Source: Phycisphaerales bacterium
GTDB taxonomy: Bacteria; Planctomycetota; Phycisphaerae; Sedimentisphaerales; Anaerobacaceae
Reading direction: 5' to 3'
DNA length: 64,000 nt
Assembly: GCA_030602885.1 (NCBI GenBank)
Contig: JAUVYV010000018.1
Coordinates: forward strand, 327 to 64,326
Each line of letters starts with the position of its first letter. Within the stretch, counting starts at the first letter, position 1. Below the pieces are notes generated by a model. It did not search any database. It had not been told where the DNA came from and saw nothing but the letters and a program-made list of their open reading frames with translations. Both the position numbers and the translations under genes were made by a program. Below are positions 1 through 8,303 of this stretch, piece by piece.

Positions 1-8
1 TTGGGACG

Positions 9-153
9 GACTTGCGCGGTTGGTGCGAAAATTCGGCCTTTTCGGCGCAGCCAATTTGCGTAAGTGCTTATGCAGACAAGGGTAAAAAAAATTTGGAATT
101 TGGGTTTTAAGGCGCAGAGCGTTGCGCATTTGCGCCAAACGAGCGTTTGAATC
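9..153. repeat. Dispersed ~145-bp repeat, copy 1. An inverted copy lies at 46392-46537.
   Basis: By-eye alignment of the reverse complement of 46392-46537 to 9-153 gives roughly 90% identity. The shared core is gcgaaaattcg[g/c]ccttttcggcgcagcc[a/g]atttgcgtaagtgcttatgcagacaag. Confidence 0.8.
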
Positions 154-216
154 GAGGGTCAGAACACAGAATGCAGAATGCAGAAAGCAGGAGGTTCACC
201 GCGAGAACAGGAAGAC

Positions 217-640
217 TAATCGCGGATTGGCACAGATTATTCACCGCAGAGGACGCAGAGAACGCAGAGATTTCTTTCATTTAATATGAAGATGGTAAGA
301 CAAACCACGGATACCCCTTCGGTAGGCACAAGTTAACGCAGATTAACACAGTATTTTACCGCGGAGGACGCCGAGGACGCAGAGATTTCTTTCATTTAAC
401 ACGAAGATGGCAAGACAAACCACGGATACCCCTTCGGTAGGCACAAGTTTGCGCGGATTAGCGCGGATTATTCACCGCAGAGGACGCAGAGAACGCAGAG
501 ATTTCTTTAATATGAAGATGATAAGGCTAACCGCGGATTAGCGCGGATTATTCACCACCGAGAACGCTGAGATTCTTGTCAGGCACGGATTTTTGTAAGC
601 CACAGAGTTCACAGAGACCACAGAGATTTTTTGTCAGACA
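217..640. repeat. Tandem array of ~115-bp units: two full units, one partial and one degenerate.
   Basis: Units at 217-334 and 335-449 both end in caaaccacggataccccttcggtaggcacaagtt. Each contains ttcaccgcagaggacgcagagaacgcagagatttctttcatttaa. A partial unit lies at 450-530 and the array decays to about 640. Confidence 0.85.
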
Positions 641-655
641 CTGATTAACACTGTT

Positions 656-764
656 ATTCAGTCAGCAGGGTGGACTCGCATGGCGGCGTGCTCTGAGCAA
701 GCTCATGCGCCGCCGTCCTTTGCTCGTCCACAAGAGCTGCGCTCTTTATAGCTGCTGACTGAAT
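656..764. repeat. Nested palindromic (multi-stem) ~109-bp element.
   Basis: The outer arms attcagtcagcag (656-668) and ctgctgactgaat (752-764) are perfectly complementary. Inner complementary pairs are gtggac/gtccac and ggcggcg/cgccgcc. Confidence 0.7.
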
Positions 765-944
765 ATGAAATTACTTTTTTACCGCGGAGGGCGCTGAGGA
801 CGCCGAGGGGTTCAGCCGGAGTGTGTTCTCGGGAAGTGTTCTTCTCAAAGCAAGCTTTTTCAGAACACTCCACCTTCGATCACGGAAGCGTGCGCTTCCA
901 TTTTTGACCGGCTGAACCAAGGTTTTCCGTACATGTGAGGTTCC

Positions 945-1085
945 ATTTTGGCTGAGTTGGGGGATTTTTGTTTCCTTCGATTTTACTCCCCTCAACTGCG
1001 TCTGGGGCAGGCAGGACAGGCTTGAAAGTGGATGCGGTATTTGTAGAATATGGCTCATGGCGAATGAAGACAGGTGACTGTTTCA
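945..1085. repeat. Direct repeat copy 1, upstream of the DUF488 gene.
   Basis: The core ggatttttgtt(c)ccttcgattttactcccctcaactgcgtctggggcaggcagg[a/g]caggcttgaaagt[g/a]gatgcggtatttgtagaat is shared with 1808-1968. Confidence 0.85.
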
Positions 1086-1238
1086 CCAATCGGACATTAC
1101 GAGTCAGAGGCGGAGAATTTTCTTGCTTTTTTGGCCTGTTTCTATAATACTTGAAAAGAGAGTTGTGGATAACAATGTGTGTGCTAAATAGGCAACTGAG
1201 GCCAGTGTTGACGCTGGTCGTGAGCAAAGTCTTGACTA

Positions 1239-1808
1239 TTGAAAGGATGTGTAGTGGCACCTGTTGCAGGGCAGAATCCGGTTTTCACTATCGGTCATAG
1301 CAACGTGCCGATTGACAGGATTATCTTCTTGCTGAAAAAGAGCGAGATTGACGTTGTGGCGGACGTTCGGAGTATGCCATACAGCCGGCATGTTCCCCAG
1401 GCGAACCGAGAGAAGCTCGAAGAGGCGCTTAAGATTGAGGGAATCAGATACATCTTCATGGGAGAGCAGCTCGGAGGACGACCTATGGACATCGAGATTC
1501 ACGATGAGTGGGGCAATCTTGATTACTCCGAGCTTGCCGCTTCAGATTCATTTCACGAAGGACTGAAACGAATAGTCAAAGGCTCAGAACAGTACAATGT
1601 TTGCGTTCTCTGCAGCGAAGAAGACCCTTTAAGATGTCACCGTGGCCTTCTTATATCGCGAGAGTTGGCGAAACTCGGGTTGGAAGTACGGCATATACGA
1701 CATGACGGGAAAGTTGACGGCCAGGCAGGGCTTGAAGAGCGGATACCGCTGGTGCAGAAGGGATTGTTTGACGGGTTTGTGGACAGTACGCCACGAGGGT
1801 GTAAATAG
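1239..1808 (+). CDS. DUF488 family protein.
   Basis: The N-terminal motif TIGHSN and the C-terminal CSEEDPLRCHRGLLI motif are typical of DUF488. The TTG start is uncertain; an in-frame GTG lies at 1254. Confidence 0.7.
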   Translation: MKGCVVAPVAGQNPVFTIGHSNVPIDRIIFLLKKSEIDVVADVRSMPYSRHVPQANREKLEEALKIEGIRYIFMGEQLGGRPMDIEIHDEWGNLDYSELAASDSFHEGLKRIVKGSEQYNVCVLCSEEDPLRCHRGLLISRELAKLGLEVRHIRHDGKVDGQAGLEERIPLVQKGLFDGFVDSTPRGCK

Positions 1809-1968
1809 TTTTTGGCCGGGTTGGTGGATTTTTGTTCCCTTCGATTTTACTCCCCTCAACTGCGTCTGGGGCAGGCAGGGCAGGCTTGAAAGTAGATGCG
1901 GTATTTGTAGAATTAGGGCCATAGCGAATGAAGGCAAGTTCGCTGTATGAAGACAGGTAACTGTTTCC
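1808..1968. repeat. Direct repeat copy 2, starting at the DUF488 stop codon.
   Basis: About 90% identical by eye to 945-1085, with a 16-nt insertion (ggcaagttcgctgtat). Confidence 0.85.
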
Positions 1969-2056
1969 GTTTTCCCCGATGTTAGGGAGATGGAGAATCC
2001 GTGAATGTGACCATGAGTGAGAAAGTGAAGAAGTAACTCATGTAGATAGGTGGGCA

Positions 2057-2368
2057 ATGATTGAAATTGATGTATCTGGCTCGAAACACGTGTGTGACAG
2101 TTCCATTAATTCTTGGATTCAGGAAAGGTACCGGAACATACAGGAAGCCAGCGCAGAGTTCTGGTTCATCATATCAATTAAGTCTATCGGAGTTGACTTA
2201 AGGTTGCCTTCTGCCGGAGCGCCGCGTACCAGAGGAAAACTAGACTCGTGTTTCAACTCAGATGAGCGGCGAATTATCGCAATGTGGCGTGATATGGGAG
2301 TAGCACAAGGAAATGACATCAGGGTCTTATTGAATTTTCTTGACAAGTTGAAGCGGGAGGTAGCTTAG
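2057..2368 (+). CDS. Hypothetical 103-aa protein, first gene of the TIR pair.
   Basis: An aggtgg Shine-Dalgarno-like sequence precedes the ATG. The gene ends 12 nt before the TIR gene. It shares that gene's lower local GC. I recognise no family. Confidence 0.45.
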   Translation: MIEIDVSGSKHVCDSSINSWIQERYRNIQEASAEFWFIISIKSIGVDLRLPSAGAPRTRGKLDSCFNSDERRIIAMWRDMGVAQGNDIRVLLNFLDKLKREVA

Positions 2369-2379
2369 GGAGAACTGCT

Positions 2380-3336
2380 ATGGTCAAAGTATTCATTTCG
2401 TACTCTCACAATGATGAGGCCGACAGGAATGAACTAGAGAAACACCTAAGTGTTCTCAGAAGACAAAAGCTTATAGAGCCATGGAATGACCGAAGGATAC
2501 TGGCAGGAGTAAATTTAGGAAATGAGATTGATAAAAAATTGACTGAATCCGATTTGATACTACTCCTTGTGAGCCCTGATTTTCTTGCGTCAGAATACTG
2601 CTACAGCAAGGAAATGGAGAAAGCCCTGCAAATGAGGAGGGAAGAAATTGCATGGGTAATCCCAATAATACTTGAATACTGTGACTGGAAGAATACTCCG
2701 CTGAAAGACTTACGCGCCTGTCCGAAGGATGGGCAGCCAATCTCTGAGTATCCGAACCCCAACAAGGCTTTTCAGGAAGTCGTCGAAGATATCCGGGAGG
2801 TAATCGATAAGATTCGTGCTGAACGTGCAGATGCCTGTGAGACAGCGCCGAAAGAAGTTTCTGCAAAAGGAGATTTGAAGTTGCAACCCGTCTTTGTTGA
2901 TGATGTTCGGTCGAGCAACCTGAGAATTAAGAAGGGATTTACAGACTACGAAAGGGACTCGTTTAAGAAGGAAGCTTTCGAGTATATAAGAAAGTTCTTC
3001 AAGAATTCACTGGATGAGCTCAAGAAACGAAACCCGGATATTGAATACATATTCGAGAAGGAAGCTAATAAATTCTATGCTACGGTTTACAGGTCGGGAT
3101 GCGAAATCGCAAGTTGCTCAGTAATAAACAGAGTAGGAAACGATTCTTGGCGAGGCATCACTTATTCGCGTTCAAAGCAAGATAATAGCGTTAGTTCGCT
3201 ACTGACAGTTCAAGATGATGGGTATAGCTTGTTCTTGGCACCCACGTTGATGATGGCTAATAGCAATGAGCCGTTGTCTCAGAGAGGTGCTGCCGAGTTA
3301 TATTGGAACAGGTTTATAGAACCATTGCAACAGTGA
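2380..3336 (+). CDS. TIR-domain protein: an N-terminal TIR of ~130 aa plus an unknown ~180-aa C-terminal domain.
   Basis: KVFISYSHNDE, LILLLVSPDFLASEYCYSKE and VIPIILE match the bacterial TIR (TIR_2) pattern. This includes the Glu of the S-x-x-C-x-x-E region. Confidence 0.8.
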   Translation: MVKVFISYSHNDEADRNELEKHLSVLRRQKLIEPWNDRRILAGVNLGNEIDKKLTESDLILLLVSPDFLASEYCYSKEMEKALQMRREEIAWVIPIILEYCDWKNTPLKDLRACPKDGQPISEYPNPNKAFQEVVEDIREVIDKIRAERADACETAPKEVSAKGDLKLQPVFVDDVRSSNLRIKKGFTDYERDSFKKEAFEYIRKFFKNSLDELKKRNPDIEYIFEKEANKFYATVYRSGCEIASCSVINRVGNDSWRGITYSRSKQDNSVSSLLTVQDDGYSLFLAPTLMMANSNEPLSQRGAAELYWNRFIEPLQQ

Positions 3337-3422
3337 TTCGCGGGCAGTAAGCCTCCATACTATTCACCACTTACCAATCGTTGTTCTTTGTGGCTTGGTG
3401 GTGAGAATATCCGTGTCACGAG

Positions 3423-5093
3423 CTACATTCTTTTGTATCGTGGGCCGCCGGCGCCTTCGGGTACGGTCCAGCGGATATTATCAAACGGGCATTTACGCTG
3501 GCAGGTTTTGCAGTGCAAACAGTTGGAGGGGTTGGCGGGCTTTACTTCGTCGCCAATCGTCTCATAAACGCCGGCAGGACAGAATGTAATACACGGTGCG
3601 CCAAACTTCGGCTGACATTTGGTTTGGCAGATTGATTTATCGAGAATCGTCAGGTGCGAGGGCTGTTCTTCTCGATGCTCGGTGGCGGCGACGGCGGTGA
3701 AGGTATCCTTATCGAAATCCTGGTTCGGCTTGAGACGATACTTGGCAACCATCATCGCTTCGTAATCCGGCTCGGTATTGAACTTCGGCAGTAAATCTCC
3801 GAAAACCGATAGCGGCATGCCCTGGAGCGGGCCGAACTTAGCGACCGTCTGGCGGAACTTGGCTGCACTCTTCATCTCCTTGGCGACGTTGGATTTGAGA
3901 ATCGAATCGGTGTATTTTACCGCAGCATCTGTCGGCTGGTCGGTACAGTCGGCAATCGCCTTTGCGGCCTGCATCCCGGAATCTATCGCGTTGTGCAGGC
4001 CCTTGATTTTAAGCATATTAACAAAGCCGGCGCTGTCGCCTAATATCATCACGTTGCTTTTGCCGATGCTTCCCGTGGTCGGGTCTCTCGGCACCGCGTA
4101 CCAGCCGCCTTCGGGTATCATCTTTGCGCCGGCCTCGACGACTGTGCCGCCTTCGATATATTGCTTTACGAACTTGTGCTCTTTCAGCCGGGTCAGTGCA
4201 TCCTGGGTATTGAAATCGCAGTATTTCCAGTCGGCTCCTACAATCATACCGACGCTCAGATGCTCCTGCACCCCGGCATAGACGATTCCGCCGCCGAACA
4301 TCCCAGGCCCAATCACAGGCGTCCATATCGGATAGCCCATTGCGTGGACAACCCGGCCGGCTGAGAACTTATTATATTGCTCGGCGCTTACCTTAATCAG
4401 CTCCTTGACGCCGACCGAGTAAAGCTGAGGCGTTTGTCGCTCCAGGCGGGCCTTTTCGACAAACTGCTCCGTTAGCAGCCCGTCGCAACCCTCAGCCAAT
4501 ACCACAAACTTCGCCTCTATCGTCTCACCCTTGACGTAGTTCGGCTGCTTGCGGCCTTCCTTATCAAGGCCCTGGTCAACAAGTTTCACTCCCCTCGCTT
4601 GTCCCGTTGCTTCATCATATAGAATATCCTCCGCCGCAAAACCGCAAAGGACCTCAACCCCGATGTCCCTGGCAATCCGGCCCATCCATTTGGTCAGCCG
4701 GCTGATGGAGACCGAATAATCACCCATATGAATCATCTGCCCGAAACCCAGGCCAAACATCTTCGCCAGCTTCAAAGCGATGAAGATATTAAACGAAAGC
4801 TTCCTGCCGAGAAGGAACATCACGTTGTCTTTGTCAATCTTAGCGTGCAGAACGTTTTTGGCAGCGTCACTGTCCCGCCAGAGCGGCGCCGCCGAATCGA
4901 GCAGCGTATGAAGCGGCTCCGGCTCCAATACCGCACCTGATAGGTTATGGTTGCCTAATTCAGCGCCTTTTTCAATAACGACCACTTCCGTTTCAGGCCG
5001 CAAAACTTTAAGCTGTATCCCACACGCCAAGCCGGCAGGGCCGCCGCCGACTACCAGCACCTCGGCTCTGTTCAATCCTGTATCGTTCGCCAC
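3423..5093 (-). CDS. Electron-transfer flavoprotein:quinone oxidoreductase (FixC-like) with a fused C-terminal FixX-like 4Fe-4S ferredoxin domain.
   Basis: The FAD motif VVGGGPAGLACG is present. The C-terminus has cysteine clusters (CxxFCPAGVYE ... CLHCKTCQRKCP). The gene lies directly downstream of etfBA. Confidence 0.85.
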   Translation of the reverse strand: MANDTGLNRAEVLVVGGGPAGLACGIQLKVLRPETEVVVIEKGAELGNHNLSGAVLEPEPLHTLLDSAAPLWRDSDAAKNVLHAKIDKDNVMFLLGRKLSFNIFIALKLAKMFGLGFGQMIHMGDYSVSISRLTKWMGRIARDIGVEVLCGFAAEDILYDEATGQARGVKLVDQGLDKEGRKQPNYVKGETIEAKFVVLAEGCDGLLTEQFVEKARLERQTPQLYSVGVKELIKVSAEQYNKFSAGRVVHAMGYPIWTPVIGPGMFGGGIVYAGVQEHLSVGMIVGADWKYCDFNTQDALTRLKEHKFVKQYIEGGTVVEAGAKMIPEGGWYAVPRDPTTGSIGKSNVMILGDSAGFVNMLKIKGLHNAIDSGMQAAKAIADCTDQPTDAAVKYTDSILKSNVAKEMKSAAKFRQTVAKFGPLQGMPLSVFGDLLPKFNTEPDYEAMMVAKYRLKPNQDFDKDTFTAVAATEHREEQPSHLTILDKSICQTKCQPKFGAPCITFCPAGVYETIGDEVKPANPSNCLHCKTCQRKCPFDNIRWTVPEGAGGPRYKRM

Positions 5094-5106
5094 CCCTATG
5101 ACTCCA

Positions 5107-5194
5107 TTTACTATTTGCTATTTACTATTTATTATTGAAGACTTCAGACTACAGACTACGGACCATAGACTTCGGTCTTCGGTCTTCAGTCTTC
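5107..5194. repeat. Intercistronic microrepeat block: a ctattt-type run followed by cagacta/cggtctt heptads that form an imperfect hairpin.
   Basis: tttactatttgctatttactattt is followed by (cagacta)2 cggacca tagactt (cggtctt)2 cagtctt. The two halves are largely complementary. The block overlaps the etfBA stop codon. Confidence 0.75.
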
Positions 5195-7279
5195 TAATGC
5201 CTTCACCAACTGCGGTATCGTCTCTTCAACTGTCCCCACGATATAATAGTCACACTGCTTAAATATCGGTGCGTTCGGGTCGCTGTTAATCGCTACTATC
5301 GTCTCCGTATTCGCAACCCCTATCATGTGCTGAATCGCACCGCTTATCCCCAAAGCGACATACAGCTTAGGACCGACCGCTGTGCCCGTCTGACCGACCT
5401 GGTGCACCCGCTCGATAAATCCCTGCTCTACCGCCGCTCTCGACGCACCTCGCTCCACCGATGTATCCAGGCGTCTGTCGAGCGCATCACACAGCGAACC
5501 TACTAATTGCTCATAGTTGTCGCGGTTCTGCATCCCTTTGCCGCCGCTGACTATGGCCTTGGCCTCGAAGTTCACATCGCCGGCGCCGAGCTCGGTCTTG
5601 ATTATCTCTAAGCTGATATCGTTCTTCGTGATGTCCACCTTATGCTTTACCACAGTTCCTTTTCGAGACGCATCTGCCGGTAGCCGCTTCATAACCCCCG
5701 GCCTGGCCGTCGCCATCTGGCTCCGCGAATTCTTAGTGCATATCGTCGCCATCACGTTCCCGCCGAGCGCAGGCCGCGTCTGAAGCAGTATCCCTATCTG
5801 TCCCTTCCGCGAGCTGTCCCTGATATCAAGACCCGTACAGTCCGCCGTTAAACCGCACTTGACCCTGTAAGAAACCAGCGGCGCCAGAACCCGCCCCTGA
5901 GGCGTCGCCGCATACAATACTATCTGAGGCCAGTACGTCTGTATCGCATCCGCAATCGCCTTGCGATGCGCTATCGGGTCAAACTCTGCAAGCAGGTCAT
6001 CTTCAACGAGGTACACATTGTCCGCTCCCGCCGCTATCAGCTCCTTGCTTGTCCCCTCTAAGCCCTTGCCGGCCACCACAACCCCCACCTGTGTCTCAAC
6101 CGAATCCGCCAGCTCCCTTGCCTTGCCGATAAGCTCATAAGTCGCCGGATGCATCACCCTCTCGCGGTGCTCCGCCACGACCCATACCTCGCCTTTGTAG
6201 CTCGGCTCGGTCAGCTTCAGACCCTCAAGCATATCCTCCAGCGCCTTCTTGTGAAACCGAACTTCCGAAGACTCTAATATCTTCTCCTTGGCCGAATCGT
6301 CTGTCTGCTCAACATCACTTATACCTAATTCCTCCAGTGTCTTTCGCAGGGCCGCAAAATCCTCGGCCTCCTTTGCCGTTCCTTCGAAGCTGCGGTCGAG
6401 CCTGTCCGAACGCTTAGCCGGCAGAATATACCTGCCAACCTCGCCGTCGCCCTCTTCGCTTGGCTCGCCGTTGCCGCTCGAAAAGCTCTCAACCAAAATC
6501 TTCGCTAATTTCTGTGCGTCTTTGACATGCTCACACTTCCTCGATGTTTTGCCCGGCGGAAATACGCGTATAACCGCCGTCTTCGACCCCTTCGCTCCAA
6601 TCATGCTCGCATTTATCTCCTCGCTGCCCCACATGAAGACCCGCGTCCGGTTCGCTTGCCGTGCCAGTGAAAACGTCGCAAAAAGCGGATACTCGTACTT
6701 CGCAACCGTCACCACCACCGGCGTTTTTCTCGCAGCGACCACCTGGCTGCCCCCGCTGATTATGCGCGTAAACTCGAACCTTCCATTCTTGTATTCCACG
6801 TCCGTCACGTATGCTATGCACGGCAGCTTGAGCTCCTCCGCTATCTGTGCCGGCACCTGAGCCGTATCACCGTCAACCGACTGCATCCCCGTTACGATGT
6901 AGTAATCCTCGTTGCCGCCGAATACGTCCTTGACAATCTTGCGTATCGCATGAGCCAGCGGGTTCGCCGTCGCTACCGTGTCCGCTCCACCGAGCGCACG
7001 GTCCGTAAGCAGGACCACCTTGTCCGCACATCGGCTCAAGCTGTAACGCAATACATCCTCCGCCATCGGAGGCCCCATCGTCAACGCCACGATCTTCGCA
7101 CCACCGCCGGCGCTAAGCTTGCGCATGTGATTCGCAAAAGCCAGCGCCTGAGAGTCAAGCTCATTGATCACACTCGCAAGACGCGTCCGAATCAGTGTCC
7201 CTGTATCCGGATCGAAGGCGTTGTCCGTTATTTGTGAAACGTCCGGAACTTGTTTCACCAGGACTATGTAGTTGCTCAT
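5186..7279 (-). CDS. Fused electron-transfer flavoprotein: EtfB-like N-terminal half and EtfA-like C-terminal half.
   Basis: The N-terminus IVLVKQVPD...LNELDSQALAFA resembles EtfB. The C-terminus has an EtfA-like FAD-binding tail (YVALGISGAIQHMIG...IVAINSDPNAPIF). The halves are joined by an acidic ~100-aa linker. Confidence 0.85.
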   Translation of the reverse strand: MSNYIVLVKQVPDVSQITDNAFDPDTGTLIRTRLASVINELDSQALAFANHMRKLSAGGGAKIVALTMGPPMAEDVLRYSLSRCADKVVLLTDRALGGADTVATANPLAHAIRKIVKDVFGGNEDYYIVTGMQSVDGDTAQVPAQIAEELKLPCIAYVTDVEYKNGRFEFTRIISGGSQVVAARKTPVVVTVAKYEYPLFATFSLARQANRTRVFMWGSEEINASMIGAKGSKTAVIRVFPPGKTSRKCEHVKDAQKLAKILVESFSSGNGEPSEEGDGEVGRYILPAKRSDRLDRSFEGTAKEAEDFAALRKTLEELGISDVEQTDDSAKEKILESSEVRFHKKALEDMLEGLKLTEPSYKGEVWVVAEHRERVMHPATYELIGKARELADSVETQVGVVVAGKGLEGTSKELIAAGADNVYLVEDDLLAEFDPIAHRKAIADAIQTYWPQIVLYAATPQGRVLAPLVSYRVKCGLTADCTGLDIRDSSRKGQIGILLQTRPALGGNVMATICTKNSRSQMATARPGVMKRLPADASRKGTVVKHKVDITKNDISLEIIKTELGAGDVNFEAKAIVSGGKGMQNRDNYEQLVGSLCDALDRRLDTSVERGASRAAVEQGFIERVHQVGQTGTAVGPKLYVALGISGAIQHMIGVANTETIVAINSDPNAPIFKQCDYYIVGTVEETIPQLVKALED

Positions 7280-7525
7280 TTGCCTTATCCTGCTCTATTA
7301 TTGCACGTATTGGTTATACAGCGAACTTTACAGTTTACCCAACGGGCACTGTGATGTCAAGCAAAATGGTCTGCGACCTGCTTCGCCACCGCCTGAGCCG
7401 CAGCCGGATTCGAAAACTTTGATTTTCAGCTTGCCTTCTCTCGCCCAATACTGTTTAATTCCAATTCCGATCATTGTCTGAACTCGTGTGCATTTGATAA
7501 CTCTATTTTGCTGAGGTAAACCAAA

Positions 7526-8152
7526 ATGGCGGATCTAAAGGCATTGGCTGATGCAGTGATTAAAGGCGACCAGAACTCTGCAGTCGAGATTACCAAAGCC
7601 GCACTCGCTGATGGCGCACCGGCCGAGAGTGTTCTCAATGACGGCCTCATCGCCGGTATGGACGTTATCGGTGTCAGATTCAAAAACAATGAAGTCTATA
7701 TCCCTGAAGTACTTATTTCTGCCCGAGCAATGAAAATGGCTATGGAGATACTCGAGCCGGAACTCGTTAAAGCAGGTGTGGAACCCGTCGGCAAGTTTGT
7801 CGTCGGTACCGTCCAGGGTGACCTGCACGATATCGGAAAGAACCTCGTCGCTATGATGTTCAAAGGCGCCGGCTTTGAAGTCATTGACCTCGGCGTTGAT
7901 GTCTCTGCCGAAAAGTTTGTCGAACAGGTAAAGGCAAAGGACGCTCACCTGATTGGTATGAGCGCGCTTCTGACGACCACTATGCCTGCCATGGAGCAGA
8001 CACTAAAGGCAATCAAGGACGCAGGCCTGGCTGTAAAAGTAATGGTCGGCGGTGCCCCCGTAACACAGGGCTACGCCGACAAAATAGGCGCCGATGGGTA
8101 CGCCCCCGATGCCGCCTCCGCCGTTGACCTCGCCAAGAGACTCATCGCCTGA
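7526..8152 (+). CDS. Cobalamin-binding corrinoid protein (methyltransferase cognate type).
   Basis: A B12-binding cap region is followed by the DxHxxG motif (GDLHDIGKN) and a Rossmann-like SALLTTTM...MVGGAP segment. Confidence 0.85.
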   Translation: MADLKALADAVIKGDQNSAVEITKAALADGAPAESVLNDGLIAGMDVIGVRFKNNEVYIPEVLISARAMKMAMEILEPELVKAGVEPVGKFVVGTVQGDLHDIGKNLVAMMFKGAGFEVIDLGVDVSAEKFVEQVKAKDAHLIGMSALLTTTMPAMEQTLKAIKDAGLAVKVMVGGAPVTQGYADKIGADGYAPDAASAVDLAKRLIA

Positions 8153-8190
8153 GCAGGAAACCTGTCCACATTCCTCAGTAAGCTTATAAA

Positions 8191-8216
8191 ACAGCGCCGA
8201 TGGGCGCTGTTTTTTT
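8191..8216 (+). terminator. Rho-independent terminator after the corrinoid gene.
   Basis: Stem acagcgcc / ggcgctgt with loop gatg, followed by tttttt. Confidence 0.85.
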
Positions 8217-8303
8217 GCGTCCAATCTGATAATATATGTGCAGGGCTGTTACTGAAGACTGCTGCGGCAATGGAATGACGGTGATGCAGTTTGCGGAGAA
8301 TAT

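Noticed and set aside
217-640. Regularly spaced repeats that might be a CRISPR array.
   Set aside because: The units are ~115 bp and directly abut each other, with no unique spacers. They decay in identity, and no cas genes are nearby. This is a tandem satellite/REP-like array, not CRISPR.
771-1260. ORFs 771-1058 and 880-1260 (95 and 126 aa, minus strand) in the leading tract.
   Set aside because: They lie entirely within repeat sequence and overlap each other. They have low-complexity, atypical composition and no RBS or family resemblance.
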